From the NCBI RefSeq assembly GCF_033153115.1, contig NW_026889803.1, forward strand, positions 14,198,001 through 14,262,000: a stretch of 64,000 nucleotides of DNA, given 5' to 3'. The stretch comes from Saccostrea echinata. Taxonomy: Eukaryota. A program made the translations under genes and the position numbers. Each line of letters opens with the position of its first letter. Position 1 is the first letter of the stretch. Shown piece after piece: positions 14,134 to 28,700 of this stretch. Under the pieces are notes generated by a model that was not told the DNA's origin, did no database searches, and saw only the letters and a list, made by a program, of their open reading frames with translations.

Positions 14134-15036
14134 TGCCAACTGGCTTTGTGATTCATATATAAATATATGTGAAGTCATTTATTTTTAACTTGGATGTTCA
14201 TACACGATGTGTACTTTGTATGTCTTCATTTGTAACCAGACATATTCCAGTTTGAATAAGTTTAATTTGACCAATATTTTGTATAAGTATGTTCATTGGA
14301 GTCCTTTTGGTGGCAATCATTTTGATAAAATCTGTTATGCATTGTCTGAGTCAGAAGAAGCAGGCTTACATGTAGCAGTATATGTTTTTTTTTTTTTCAG
14401 AGACATCTAGTCATGTTAAATTTATTCAGCATATTTAACATTTGATATTTAAAATCTGGTTTTCGGTTGATCTCATTTCAAAGTTTCGGAGTCATTTGCA
14501 GCATACATGTAGGAACTTATACTTGTTCAAAGCTGTAAAAAAAATGTTATCCTTCAGAATACTTTGCTAGATTATTTTTTTTTATATGAAGGATTGAGGA
14601 TATAAAGAAAGTGAATGAAGATTTTTAATTCTTACTTTAAATCAAGTGGGCTTGAACATTCTGAATTGTAGGAAAGCCTTCATTTTAACTGAATCTCTAT
14701 GTAGATATACTTGTTGTAAATATGAGAAGTGATACCTAATCCACGTAAGATATATTAACACCTGTATTTATTTGTTACGGAGGTATTTTCATGCTAATGT
14801 TGAATTGTTTATGTGTTATACACGTAGTACATGTTATTGAATTCATTTAAGAAAACCATTGGTATATAATGCACAGTGCAGAATCAAATATTTTTCATCA
14901 CAGAAAGCAACCCCCCCCCCTTCCCAGCCTTTTTTAATAAGAGCTTTGTTACTTGATATGCAGATATAAAAACCTGTGATAATTGTTGTGATTTTAATGC
15001 TTTCACAATCATCCAGGATATTGATATACTGTGAAA

Positions 15037-15495
15037 CAGCAACCAATATGTTTACATTTACAGCAACCAATACATTCACATTTACAGCACCTAGGATGTT
15101 TACATTTACAGCAACAAAGATGTTCACATTTACACCAACCAATACATTCACATTTACAGCACCTAGGATGTTTACATTTACAGCAACAAAGATGTTCACA
15201 TTTACACCAACCAATACATTCACATTTACAGCACCTAGGATGTTTACATTTACAGCAACAAAGATGTTCACATTTACACCAACCAATACAAACACATTTA
15301 CAGCAATCAATACAATCACATTTACAGCAATCAATACATTCACATTTACAGCAACCAATATATTCACATTTATAGCAACCAATACATTCACATTTTCGGC
15401 AACAGACATTCACATTTACAGCAACCAATACATTCACATTTACAGCAACCAACATATTCACTTTTCAGCAACCAATATGTTCACATTTACACACC
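15037..15495. repeat. 24-bp minisatellite (consensus ~TTCACATTTACAGCAACCAATACA) with a 72-bp higher-order unit, downstream of the HNF4 stop
   Basis: About 19 tandem units are visible. A three-variant 72-bp block repeats about three times at ~15086-15300. Confidence 0.95.
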
Positions 15496-16740
15496 TTCAT
15501 AAAAATGATGCTATCCATTTTGTGCTAGTGTATTCATTGTACACTCTAATACCATTGATAGTCACTGAACTTTTACATAGAAAAAGTAACTTTCACATGT
15601 ATGACTTAGTGCCAGTTTCATTACATTTTCATAGAAAGTTGTAGTCACCCATAATCAATTTAGCCATTTGTACAAAATTGAAGCTGAATTTTGCTAATTT
15701 GAGAGGCTTGGTAAATATTGTTGAAAGTTAAAAACATTAACACAGATTGATGGAAATAGCCATTTTAATGGCGTATCATAGATTTGTACATAATTTTTTG
15801 ATTACCTGTGATTTTTAGCTTGGCAGGAATTTTATTCTTTGCAAAGGACCAAGTGCCATGAACAATGCAAAAATTGTGTATAATATATAATTATAGACAC
15901 TCTAGAAATATCCAATCATTGATTAATGTGCTGTTAACTGATGCAAATATCTATATTTTTATATAAAATTGTATTTTTGACTGATGGATCAAATGCTGTT
16001 TTTATAAAATAAATTTAAGCTTAAACTGAAAACCTTTTCTTTTAGTGATATCATTTCATCATAAAGAAATCTTACCGAAAATAAAATTTAACTCTGAGGA
16101 CATGAGACTCAAGCCTCACGATGGGAATAATTTGAATACTGGTATTTGATAATGATTCAGTTTTTTTCTTAAGTTTCTTTACTCACAGACATCTATGGAG
16201 AAAGCCAAGGGAAAAAAATTTATGGAAATGTTTCCGAAGTACAAATGAGGCCACTGGATTGCAGTACCAGTACATTTATTTGGAAGGACAAAAATCCCTA
16301 TTATAGCAGGGTTTTCAAAAAGATTAGAAACAGGCTGTACTTTTACAAAAATGGGAGCCACCTTGTAGAAGCAATTTAAATTACACTTAAATACATTATC
16401 AAATTTTTCTCCATCAAATATTTTGGTCGGTACAATCATGATTTCAGCTGGGTAAAAGTACCAGGTAAGGGCGTATGTTGAAAGGCCTGAATATAGTTTT
16501 CTGTACTTTCAGAGAGTTCTCATCTCTCACATATAAAAGGATCATATGGATTCTTACAATCCAATGACCAACACTGACAACTTTATGTTGGAGATACATG
16601 CACTGACAACTGTAATGTCGGAGAGATGTCAATGCTTGAGTGTTCATTTCAACTATAATATTCATGTACCTTACCATCATGATAATAAACATATTGAATT
16701 TCCAGGATATGTAATTTGTCAATTTTAAAAAGAAAAGATG

Positions 16741-17084
16741 TTTTAGCTCACCTGAGCTGAAATCTCTAGTGCACTTTTCTGATCAACCCTAATCCTGCAT
16801 CCATCCGTCTGTCTGTCTGACCATCCATCTGTAAACTTTTCACATTTTTGATTTTTCAAGAAAAATTTAACTACGTTGACACAAAGCATCCTCAAGTAAA
16901 GGAGATCCTAAAATTTTCAAATTAATGGCAAAGCCCCCCCCCCCTTTCAAAAGGGAGATACTCAAGAAAAGGCAAAAATAGGGTGGGGTCACAATTTTTC
17001 ATGGGGGATATGAAAAAAAATTAAAAAAAAAAAAAACTTCTGAAGAGTTATCCAGGTGAGCATTGTGGCCCGTGGGTCATTGTT
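16741..17084 (-). mobile_element. Short Helentron-associated non-autonomous element (HINE-like)
   Basis: TTTTAGCTCACCTGAGC hairpin end, (GTCT/CCAT) microsatellite, and CAGGTGAGC...GGCCCGTGGGTCATTGTT at the other end. Same architecture as 21082-22784 but on the opposite strand. Confidence 0.65.
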
Positions 17085-17907
17085 AATTCACAAAGGGAAA
17101 GTCTGACTTTGCATAAAAAGAATGATTTAGGCTTGTAGCTTAAATTGTATCAAAATCAAATTCAATTGAAAGGAACTCTACTCTATGAATGTTTTGAATA
17201 TGTGCAACATTTTATAGAGAGTAGAGGTCTTCTTCCTATATGAAGTCGCATTGTTGCTGTATATTCAGTCACAACTAGGCTTACCAGTTTACAGAATAAA
17301 ATTGAACAGGTAACTTGCTTGTGAAGGAGCTGTATGTTGATTTTAGTAGTAGACAGTCCCCATCTCCCTGGACACATATTTTGCACTTCTTTATTGTGTA
17401 CATAATGTAGCAAATCGGGTCATGTTAAGTGGTGCACAGATTTCCTTGAAAACCTCAAAACAAAATTCTTAACATCAGTCTAACAGGTCAAGAGCACCAC
17501 AACTTGATTTGAAATGTACTGGCAGAATTAACTTGATTTGAAATGTACTGGCAGAATTTACAAAACTTATAATTGTATGACAGTGTTGTTTTTTATGAAC
17601 AGAGGAAATCAGACATGCACTTGTTGCAAGTAAAAACACACAAGGTTTTAACACAAAATATGAATTATTAGTTTTATTTATTCAAATTATCAACATTTTT
17701 CATCAATGATAACAACAAAATCACAGAAAATTCTACAATATCAGTAAATATTCTTGATACTTGTTTATTATTCCTAGTTGCTGATTTTTTTCCCTCTTTA
17801 ATTTGGAAACATATTTCATTAAATAGTGAAAGTAAAATCAATGTTATTTAGTTAGTTAGTTTGTTTTTTTAGCCAATTTAAATGAATGATTTTCATTACT
17901 GGTAGTA

Positions 17908-18082
17908 CAGTCAAACCTCATTATCTCAAACTCAATGGGACAGAGAAAAGACTTCGAGATATCCGAGGGTTCAAGATATCGAGGGTAAAATACTGAAGAA
18001 ATACATAGTTGGGACTTCCCAATCACTTCAACATATCCATGGTATTCGAGATATCCGTGTTCAAGATACTGCAGTTCAACTG
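17908..18082 (+). mobile_element. Tc1/mariner-type MITE (family A) with TA target duplication
   Basis: TA|CAGTCAAACCTCATTATCTC ... GATACTGCAGTTCAACTG|TA, with internal TTCGAGATA repeats. A second degenerate copy follows at 18164-18321. Confidence 0.75.
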
Positions 18083-20557
18083 TATTTTAAGCAATTCTTG
18101 AGTAGGGTTCAAGTAAAATGTTATAAGCCTAAGGTAAGGTCAATCATATAGTACACCATAATACAGTCTAACCTTAATACTTGATGTGACGGATTAAAAA
18201 ATCAAGATATCCAAAGATTCATGATATTGAGTGTAAAATACAAATTAGTGGTTGGGATTTCCAAATCACTTTGACATATCCTATTCGAGATATCTGTGTT
18301 CGAGATACAGAAGTTCAACTGTTCTTATCCATCTAACTGCATTATGAATGAAAGTACACACTTTAAGCACAAAATAAACATACCATAAAAATAATTACAG
18401 TAAGAGACTGTTGAAAAAAGTTCATCAAAACTTGAAGAGCTTCACATAATAATTTTCAGCATGTATCAAAAACCAATCACAAGCGGATTCTAAATGACCA
18501 TTGCTAATTGACACGTGGACAGCTTTCAGTTCTTTATTGATTAATATGGGAACTTCAATCTTACACCCAAACACCAGTTGAAATTCACTGTAAATCTTCT
18601 CCTCCATTATATAATTAGTTGTGAAAATGAAACTAGTGCCAATAAGGTTACCAATTAACACACATACATATTAACAAGAAACAAGTGAATATCTATCTGA
18701 GATTTTTTTTCAATGCCAAAAAATCATACATAATTAGTAAATGTATATATTTTAAACAGAAGAATTACATTTTCATTGTCCATGTGATTAAAAATAGGCA
18801 AATCAAAACAAATCACTACATTTAAAAAAATATAATGACAATATATCATAACAAAGGGACTGTATCCAAACAACAGGCTCTAACATACATAATAAGAAAT
18901 GGCTACTGTTTGCAAACAAAATTAACCAAACTCATAAATAAACAAACGTATCTTTACAAGATCTTCATCATTACATATTTAAAAAAACAACCCTCAAAAG
19001 ACTATACAAAGATACTCAGGCTTTCTCTATTCATACTGGCCATTGCTTTTTTTCCTGTGAACATGGTGAAATATATATGTACATGTATTTTACAACTGAT
19101 CTACTCTGAAAGCTAATACAGGTGGATATTTTCATGTACCAATAATATCCCACATAAAAAGACATTGCCAGATTCAATATATTACACTGCACCAAGTCCA
19201 TCCTTGAAACAGAATGTATGTATCAAACTATTGTATTGGTTACCTACATGATCTGTAGTTGCTAGTCTATGAATACATCGTTGTTTGTTAAATGTGAAAA
19301 AAAATATATCAGTTAAAATTTAATAAAATGTTTCAAAAATTAAAATACTGAAGTACTTCAAAGACAAAGATTAATAATTTTAAAACTTTTTACTGCAAAT
19401 GATAAGTTTTTTAAGAGAATTAAGGGCAGATTATATCAAAAGCCACTAAAAATTATTAATGTGTGTTAGCCTAATTCTTTTTTTTTCCTGCAAATAATAG
19501 ATATATATCTGTCTTGCAAATGGTAATGATGCATTGTGAAATAAGAAAGTTGTATAAGTCTTGCAGATTTTATAAAAAAAAGTTTTAGATTTCAATTAAA
19601 TTGTAATATGTACTCTGGATCTCACATACACAACCCTCTTCAGATTATACTGACCATGATTATTTAAGGTTCATCACCCTCCTTACTCAAATAAAAATTT
19701 ATTTTAAACACTTATAATTTTCCAAAAGAAATCTAATTTATAATTAAAATGCACATAATTTAAGCATATTTTGCCAGGCAAAATTTGACAGAAATGGCTT
19801 TTTAACATGACAATTTTTTGGAAGGAATAATAGTCATTTGTCCCAGTTAGAGTTATCTTACTTATCAGAGGGGCGATGAACCTTAATGGATTTCTATATA
19901 CAAGCAAATACAAGAACATCCAAAAAAGTCCTTAGGTGGGTCTTTTCAGTGATGAAAATCATCTTTCTTAAATAGAAAAATATTTAAGATAAAAAAAATT
20001 ATTGACGTATCTCATTTTCATGGATATTGGATTCTCCCCTTCTTAAAATTTCTTTTAAAAAGTTTAGTACCGGTAAATCACTCGTACTCAGTGTTATTGT
20101 TATCAAATGAAGGTAAGGTACACTTGAGAAAGGAAACCAGTGACAAGATAATTAAATAACAAAATTATATATACATAAATATACAAGTATACATGTACAT
20201 GTATGTAACAAGCAGTATCTACGGTGATATGTACAAAGGATTGTACAGCTAAGCTATACTTAATAGAGGTAAAACTACTGTAGTACCTTCAATGCTTTGA
20301 GTAAGCTTCCCATAATGCGATCACCGCATAAGAAATGTTAACGAGTCCATTACGACATAAGATTTATCACAAATCACATTTATCAAGACTTCCATTGTGT
20401 ACGAAACACACTGGTACTCCAAATCAGTCACATGATGAAAAGTTACTAAGACGATGATCTATTGTCAAGATTTTTTTTTCTTCAAAACTCTCCTGCTTGA
20501 GCAATGTTTATTAGGAACTAGTGGTAAAACAGTGGAAATTGATAACGGTCAATAGCA

Positions 20558-22744
20558 TCACTCGAAGAGGCCTTGACGACTTCCACACAAGACCCGTTGT
20601 TTTGATACCCGTTCATGTTTGGTTGTTCGATTACATTTCCGTTTCTTGTCATCAAACACATTATAGTCCTCCTCTAATTCTTCGTCTGATTCCTCCTCAT
20701 GGTGATAGTCCCACTTTTTTACAGTACCATCCCACTGTGGAAGGAAAGAATGGTACAATATGCAAGACATTCAAACTAAACAACACCAGTTATATTTGGA
20801 TAATGCACTTGTGCACATGTATGAATATAAATTTCACAAAATATTAAATAACAAGCGAGAAAACTTTACATGCATATTTCACATATTGTGCATTTTGATA
20901 TTGTGTTAAAAGAATTTTTAGATTGCAAAGGCATCAGTAACAAATAAGAGTAATTTTATTAACTGAAGATGCAGTAATGCATTTGCATTCCCACCCCCAC
21001 CCAAACCCTACAATAAAAGAAATTTATGACAAATTTTTTTTTCTTGAAATCATATAAAAAGAATCAGGATGATTTATTTATAACAAGAGGCCCAAGGGCC
21101 TTAACCTGAGTACAATAAAACAATTTAGAGGATCCATAAACTGATAAATGAAGCTTTGTTGCCCAAAAGCAAGAAAAATAGTATGATTAGCATCAACAAA
21201 ATAATTTGGTCTAGTATCTATCTGTCCCCCATTTACCACTATTACCATGCAGACTATTAACAAAATGTCTATTTTTTAACCCCATTTTATACTTCTCACA
21301 TTGGCATCTCTTGGCCTTTGAAGATCATTTAAAATGATAAGTTATTTTTGTCTCGTTTTTATTCATCTATTATTTACAAGTCTATCTGATCATTAAAACT
21401 ATGAAAGTACTTTTTGTATTATACAATAAATATTCCTGCATAATTCTCTTATTCTATTAACCTTTCAAAGACATTGTTTACAGTGATTGATTATCAAAGG
21501 TGAATGGTAAAGGGGAATAACTTTGCTCAGCAGAATACAAGTCAATAGAGCCCTGGCCAGGACAAGAACATTTGACTAAATGGTCCAGGTGTTCAAAATT
21601 CTGGTAAAAATACCTTTGCATATTTTAAAAAACTTTTACTCTGTTTGCATCGAATATGCCCAGAAGCATAGAGGATGTTCAAAGAAATGCATTTTCACTT
21701 TATTATTAAATAAATAAAGCCCCACCCTTACACCAGAACATCTGACCCAGGGGCCATGAACTCACAATTCTGGAAGAAGCACCCTTGCTCACCATAACTA
21801 TACACTTGTTTCTTTGCTTTATAACCAGTAGTAGAAAAAAAAATATTTTGAAAGAAATTATTCATTTTCACTATATAATCAATAGAGTCCCCCCCCCCCC
21901 TCTCTTCACCAGAACCCCTGACCCAGTGGCCTTGAATTTCACAATTCTGGAAGAGGCATTCTTCCTTATCATAACCATCACTTCCTTTGTTTGAATAATA
22001 CCCAAGAGCAGAGAAGAAGATTTTGAAAGAATTTATCCATTTTCCCTATATAATCAATAAAGCCCTGCCCTAACACCAGAACCCTTGACCCAGGGGCCAT
22101 GAAATTCACAATTCTGGAAGAGGCAACCATGCTCATCATAACTATGAACTTAGTTTATTTAATATCAAGGAGCAAAAAAGACTTTCAGAGAATTAATGCA
22201 ATTTTACTATATAATCAATAGAACCCCACCCTAACACCAGAACCCATGTCCCTGGGGCCATGAAATTCACAAATTTGGAAGAGGCACTCTTGATCATCAT
22301 AATTATGTACTTAGTTACTTTATTTAATACCCAGGAGCAGAGAAGAAGATTTTCAAAGGAATAATGCACTTTCACTATATGATCTATATAGCCCCACCCT
22401 AGCACCAGAACCCCTGACCCTCGGGCCATGAATTTCACAATTTTGGTAGAGGGCTCAATGCTTATAACAATCATGTCAACAGTTTGGCTGCTTGATGTCC
22501 AGGAGTAAAGAAGAAGATTTTTCAAGATTGCATTAATTTTGATGGTTTTAGCCCCACCCCACAGGCCCCAGGGGGGCAGGGGCCATGAATTTCACGATTT
22601 TTACTCCCCTTCACCCATAGATGCTATATACCAAAATTGGTTGAAATTGGTTCAGTGGTTCCAGAGAAGAAGCTAAAAATGTTCAAAAGTTTACGACTGA
22701 TTGACGACGAACGACGTACGACGAATGACGACAGACAAAAACAG

Positions 22745-22776
<32 letters not shown>

Positions 22777-25700
22777 TCTAAAAATGCCCCAAACTTACAG
22801 AGGAGGTCATTACGATGTTCTCATATGGATGCCAGGAAACATCTCTAGTACAGGAGGAATGACCTTTCAGTTTGGAGATCACTTTTCCAGTCAACAAGTC
22901 ATAAACTGAAATAACAACATACATGTATGTACATTTACATTTTTCTACATATGAAGATCTACTACATAATAAGTAATTTCTGAGATTTGGAACTTTTCAG
23001 GATTTATCCATTAAATGAATTGTGATTCCTTTCCAGGCTGTGATAAAGACTGGGGATCAGAATATTTTCTTTTATTTGAACTGAACTACAGAATACATAA
23101 AAAAGTACATACAAGGAATTGCAGAAATTACCTGTCATACCATTTAGCAGGATTTTCTAGTAGGATGCTAACTTTGGCTTATTTTACAGTTTCATAGTAG
23201 CCTGCTAAAATTTTAATTGCTAAATTTGCACCCTTGCCTATATGTACCAAATGCAAGAAAGATAACTTTTATCAGTTTCAAACTTCCCCTTTCTGCACTG
23301 ACTGGTATTTGAGTCTCCATTGAACTCTTTACAACAGTAATTCATAATTTGATCTAGTTTGATGTAAAATTATTGTTTTTTGGGTTTCTCTTCTTTAAAT
23401 GGTATAAGTTTAAAGGTTTAAGGTTACTAGTTTGCAACATCATGGAACTCCATGTCTGTCGAAAAAATTTGGAATGCCTTTGAGCAAGCAAAACACCAAA
23501 TTTAACACCCACTAACAAATCCTGCTATACAGTAAAATTTTCATGTGTCTACAAACTACATAACTGTATCATTTTCATAAATTCTTTTTCACCATCCCTT
23601 CCATTTTGTTACACATGTAATTGTTATCATAAAGTTATTAAGTTCATCTGTAATGACCAGTGTCTCTGCCTATCTGTACCTATTTTTCTTTTACTTTCAG
23701 ATAAAAACTCCTGCTGCACAAAAAGGTATACATTTTACAAACTAGAAATATATGTCCATGGAATATGAATGCCCTCCCAGTGATAAATTTGTATTATAAT
23801 ATGAAAAGAAATGTACCATGTTTCTTGGTTCTGAGCTAATAGTGAAATATGATGAAAGAAGGAATATTTTAATATCAATTCATTATAGGTCTACCTACAG
23901 TGTAATAAAATTTACTTTCAGTACAGCATATTCATATATACAAAGTAGGTATGGGTTGAAATGCTCTCACAGAGATTTATGTATGAAGTAATTCTTTATG
24001 TTATTTAGTATGATAAACTAACAGCAAAATGAGGGAAAAGTGAAGTTCACAGTCATAAGGAAGGTCAAGGTCAGAAATTATGACAATTGAACTACTTTCA
24101 CCAATTTGTATCTGTGTATGAAATAAGAGATGAAATTATTTTGAACAGTTTCTTTAAAACACAGGTCAATGAAACCAAGGTCAATGAAAAACAAGGAATA
24201 GTGAATCAAGGTCACAGGGAAGATAAATATACAATATAAATACAAATATAAATACTTACTGACAAGTGCTCCTGTGGCACAGCCGGTATAGATGTACCTC
24301 TGACCAGTGCTGAATTCTGGGGAGAAGTGACACCTTATCAGTGTATGTAGAATGGAATGGCCTCTGTACGTCATCACTGAGGAATCACCATTTATCCTTC
24401 TCTTCTTACACACTACAATACAAGCAGTTTTAACTTCAACTATCTTAAAATTCAGCATCAGCTACACACTTTGTAAAGCATTGTTAGCTAATTCAATTTT
24501 CAGGGTCTTGTGTATGATAGAAACCCAAACACTACTACCATTTTCTCATCTAAGTTTTTCTCCCCTCTCACCTGATTTACGGACAGGTTGCCATCTGTAG
24601 TCCCAGCTCTGTCTTGCCACAGCTTTCTTTGTACCCTGAAATCAGAAAAAAAACATTTTTTTTTTTGAAAATTTTAACATACAACATTTGGGGAAAGAGA
24701 CAAATCGACAAACATCTTCCATTACAGCTAAAGGAATGAAATGGAAGGTATAAATCACTTAAAGCTCACTAGTGTTTGTCTAAATGCATCTTTATAATTA
24801 ATGTGCAGTTCTGCATCTTAATTTCTCTGCAAAAGAAACTGGGCCAAATGCATTATCATTTAATGGGAGGACAAGGTCAAAAATAAGGGGTTAAGTTCAT
24901 TCATTAATCAATATTTGTTTTCTTGGAAGTGTTTTGTGGCATGATGCAATTTTACAAGAAGTTAAACTAGAACTGTGGTAACTACTCTAAAACCCCTGTG
25001 GGCACACCAAAACATGCATATTTAGAATTTATACAGTGGCAGTCTGCCTTAACAAATGAACACATATAAGAAGACATTGGGAAAAGGAAATGCCCATAAA
25101 CATAGTTGGGCATTAATAAACATAGGTAATCAGAGATTACAGAGCTCACCTCAATGAATGTTTTCTTTAAGTAAGGCAAAGTCTCATATTAATAATCTAG
25201 TAGTGTGCATTCCTAGGTGTAACATTTATGCAATTTTGGTCTGATAGAGCTTGCAGTTACTTTGGAATGGACTTACCTAAAAACTTTAAACTAGTCACTC
25301 ATCCAGAAAATGTAAGTCATATCCAGCATCTGAAGCAACTTTGAGAGTGTTCATCCAGTGATGCATCATCCATGCAAGTTTGGTTCTGATAGCTCTTATA
25401 GTTTACTTTAACCTGGTCACTCATCTGGAAAATGTAGGTCAGATACAGTATCTGAAGCCAGCATGCAAGTGAGGATCTTTAGATGTATCATCCATGCAAG
25501 TTTGGTCAACATAGGGCTTATAGTTACTTGGAATTGAGACCTGCTCCAAAAACTTAAAACTGGTCACTCATCCGGAAAATGTAGGTCAGATCCAGCATTC
25601 AAAGCAATTCCAGTAGTATGCACCCTTAGATGTATCCACCAAGCAAGTTTGGCCAACATAGGGCTTATAGTTACTTGGAAATGAGACCTGCTCCAAAAAC

Positions 25701-28700
25701 TTTAACCTGGTCACTCATCCGGAAAATGTAGGTCAGATCCAGCATCCGAAGCAAGTCCAGTAGTGTGCATCCTTAAATGCATCATCCATGCAAGTTTGGT
25801 CAATATAGGGCTGATAGTTACTTAGAAACGAGACCTGCTCCAAAAACTTTAACCTGGTCACTCATCTGGAAAATGTAGGTCAGATCCAGAATCCGAAACA
25901 AGTCCAGTAGTGTGCATCCTTAGATGCATCATCCATGCAAGTTTGATCAATATAGGGCTTATAGTTACTTAGAAATGAGACCTGCTCCAAAAACTTTAAC
26001 CTGGTCACTCATCCGGAAAATGTAGGTCAGATCCAGCATTCGAAGCAAGTCCAGTAGTGTGCATCCTTAGATGTATCATCCATGCAAGTTTGGTCAATAT
26101 AGGGTTTATAGTTACTTGGAAATGAGACCTGCTCCAAAAACTTTAACCTGCTCCTAGAACATTAACCTGGTCATTCTTCAGCTGAAATTGCAGCATCTGA
26201 AACCTTGACTAGTACAATGAAACATACTAAAAGCATCCTCCATGCATCTCTGATTAATATAGGGCACAGAAGTACTTGAAAAGAAATCTGCTCCAAAAAC
26301 TTTAACCTGGGACGCCAATGCCTATGCCAACACCAACGCCCAGGGTATTACATAAGCTCCCCCAACTTCGTTGAGGTGAGCTAAAAATGTTGGCATTAAT
26401 GTACACAGAGTGGTTACTTTCCAGGTAAAGGTCTTTGAAAATCAATTTTATTGAGAAGGAAGTAAAAATATATATAATAGGTGATCAATCTCTAGGGTAG
26501 TATCCATTGGAGGAAGAACAAATTCTAGAGAATGTCATTTTTGACAGATTAAAAATCATTAATAAAGTTAAAAAAACAAACAAACAAACAAATTAAAAAA
26601 CCAAAAAAAAAACATTTAAATGGTCGGTAGTGGGATGGAAAGGATTAAACTTAAGCTGTATTTTCACTTCAATCTACATGTACATTCAGTACAAAATCTG
26701 ATTACTGTATTCAGTTGGTCATATTTCAGGACAAAGGTCATATGTTCTATAAATAAATCTTTTTATCTGCTATACTGACCATTTCTGATCATGGATTAAT
26801 AAAGGGAATATAAGGTTGCATTATGGAACAAGGCAATGTAACCTGTACTTAAAATAGGTCAAATTACAGAACAAGAAAATCAGATTACATTCTTTCACAT
26901 ATAGTCTGCCTATACAATGAAAGTTTAGCCATCAAAAGCAGAAAAGAACTTTCATGCCCTAAATCCTGCTTTCCCCATTTTTATTGAATATAAATCTTGG
27001 TTTAAAAAAAAAACCTCAATGAAAATACCACCATACCTCTATTCCTTCCTTTGGTGAGAATTTCCTCACATCCCAGAGTTTGATTGACTGGTCTTTGGAG
27101 TTAGACAACAGGTACCTGGCATCCCCCTATCAAAGTCATATGGAAACTAGAAATATGTCCGTAGGACATGAATGCCCCGCCAAGGGTATATTAGTAATGC
27201 AACATTTTAACACAAATTGAGAAAAGTGAGGTCAAGGTCAAAGGAAAGGTCAAGGTCAAAAAATATTGCTGCAGTTGAATAGCTTACATCAGTATGTATC
27301 AGCATATGACGTTTGATTCAGAAACTAATTTAAGAAAAGTGAGGTCAAGATCAAAGGAAAGGTCAAGATCAAAAAATGTTGATGTAGTTGAAAAGGTTAC
27401 ATCAGTATGTATTAGCATATGAAGTTTGATGAAAATATTATGAATGGTTTCTTTAAAACTGAGCTAAACACTAATTTAAGAAAAGTGAGGTCAAGGTCAA
27501 AGGAAAGGTCAAGGTCAAAAAATATTGATGCAGTTGAATAGCTCTCATCAGTATGTATCAGCATATGAAGTTTGACACTAATTTAAGAAAAGTGAGGTCA
27601 AGGTCAAAGGAAAGGTCAAGGTCAAAAAATGTTGATGCAGTTGAATAGCTCTCATCAGTATGTATTAGCATATGAAGTTTGATGAAAATATTATGAATGG
27701 TTTCTTTAAAACTGAGCTAAACACTTATTTAAGAAAAATGAGGTCAAGGTCAAAGGAAAGGTCAAGGTCAAAAAATTTTGATGCAGTTGAATAGCTCTCA
27801 TCAGTATGTATCAGCATATGAAGTTTGACACTAATTTAAGAAAAGTGAGGTCAAGGTCAAAGGAAAGGTCAAGGTCAAAAAATGTTGATGCAGTTGAATA
27901 GCTCTCATCAGTATGTATCAGCATATGAAGTTTGATAACACTATCTTGAATGGTATCTTTAAAACTGAGCTAAAAACTTATTTAAGAAAAGTGAGGTCAA
28001 GGTCAAAGGAAAGGTCAAGGTAAAAAATATTGATGCAGTTGAATAGCTCTCATCAGTATGTATCAGCATATGAAGTTTGTTAAAAATATCTTGAATGGTT
28101 TCATTAAAACAGAGCTAAACATTAATTTAAGAAAAGTGAGGTCAAGGTCAAAATAAAGGTCAAGGTCAAAAAAATGTTGATGCAATTGAATAGCTTACAT
28201 CAGTATGTATCAACATATGAAGTTTGATTACACTATCTTGAATGGTATCTTTAAAACTGAGCTAAACACTAATTTAAGAAAAGTGAGGTCAAGGTCAAAG
28301 GAAAGGTCAAGGTCAAAAAATGTTGATGCAGTTGCATAGCCCTCATCAATATCTATCAGCATATGAAGTTTGATAAAAATATCTTGGATATTTTCTTTGA
28401 AAGTGAGCTTTGAACAGAGCTAAACGCAAAGTGTGACGGAAGGACAGACGGAAGGACAGAAGGACGGAAGACGGACATGACAAACACTATATGCCCCGGC
28501 CATATTCATGGCGGGGCATAAAAAATTAGAGGGTGACTTTTCTCTCTCTCTCTCTCATTTGAATCAATGCAGATTATCATGGTAATACCTTAGAATCAAT
28601 ATAGGTAATTCCATCAAAATGACCACCAAAACTACCCACTGGTTTTGGGTTGTTCTCTCGTAAGGTTCGCCGATCCCATACCTACAAGTCATGATAATTT

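Noticed and set aside
11083-14156. Minus-strand ORFs over HNF4 exons and ORFs spanning the N gap
   Set aside because: Antisense shadows or artefacts of the N run.
15009-15461. Cys-rich metallothionein-like ORF, plus the overlapping Val/Asn, Thr/Phe and His/Gln ORFs
   Set aside because: All are translations of one stop-free 24-bp minisatellite. Several frames are equally open and there is no unique flanking coding sequence.
25200-28400. Regularly spaced repeats resembling a CRISPR array
   Set aside because: The whole monomers repeat, with no unique spacers. There are no cas genes and the context is a eukaryotic intron.
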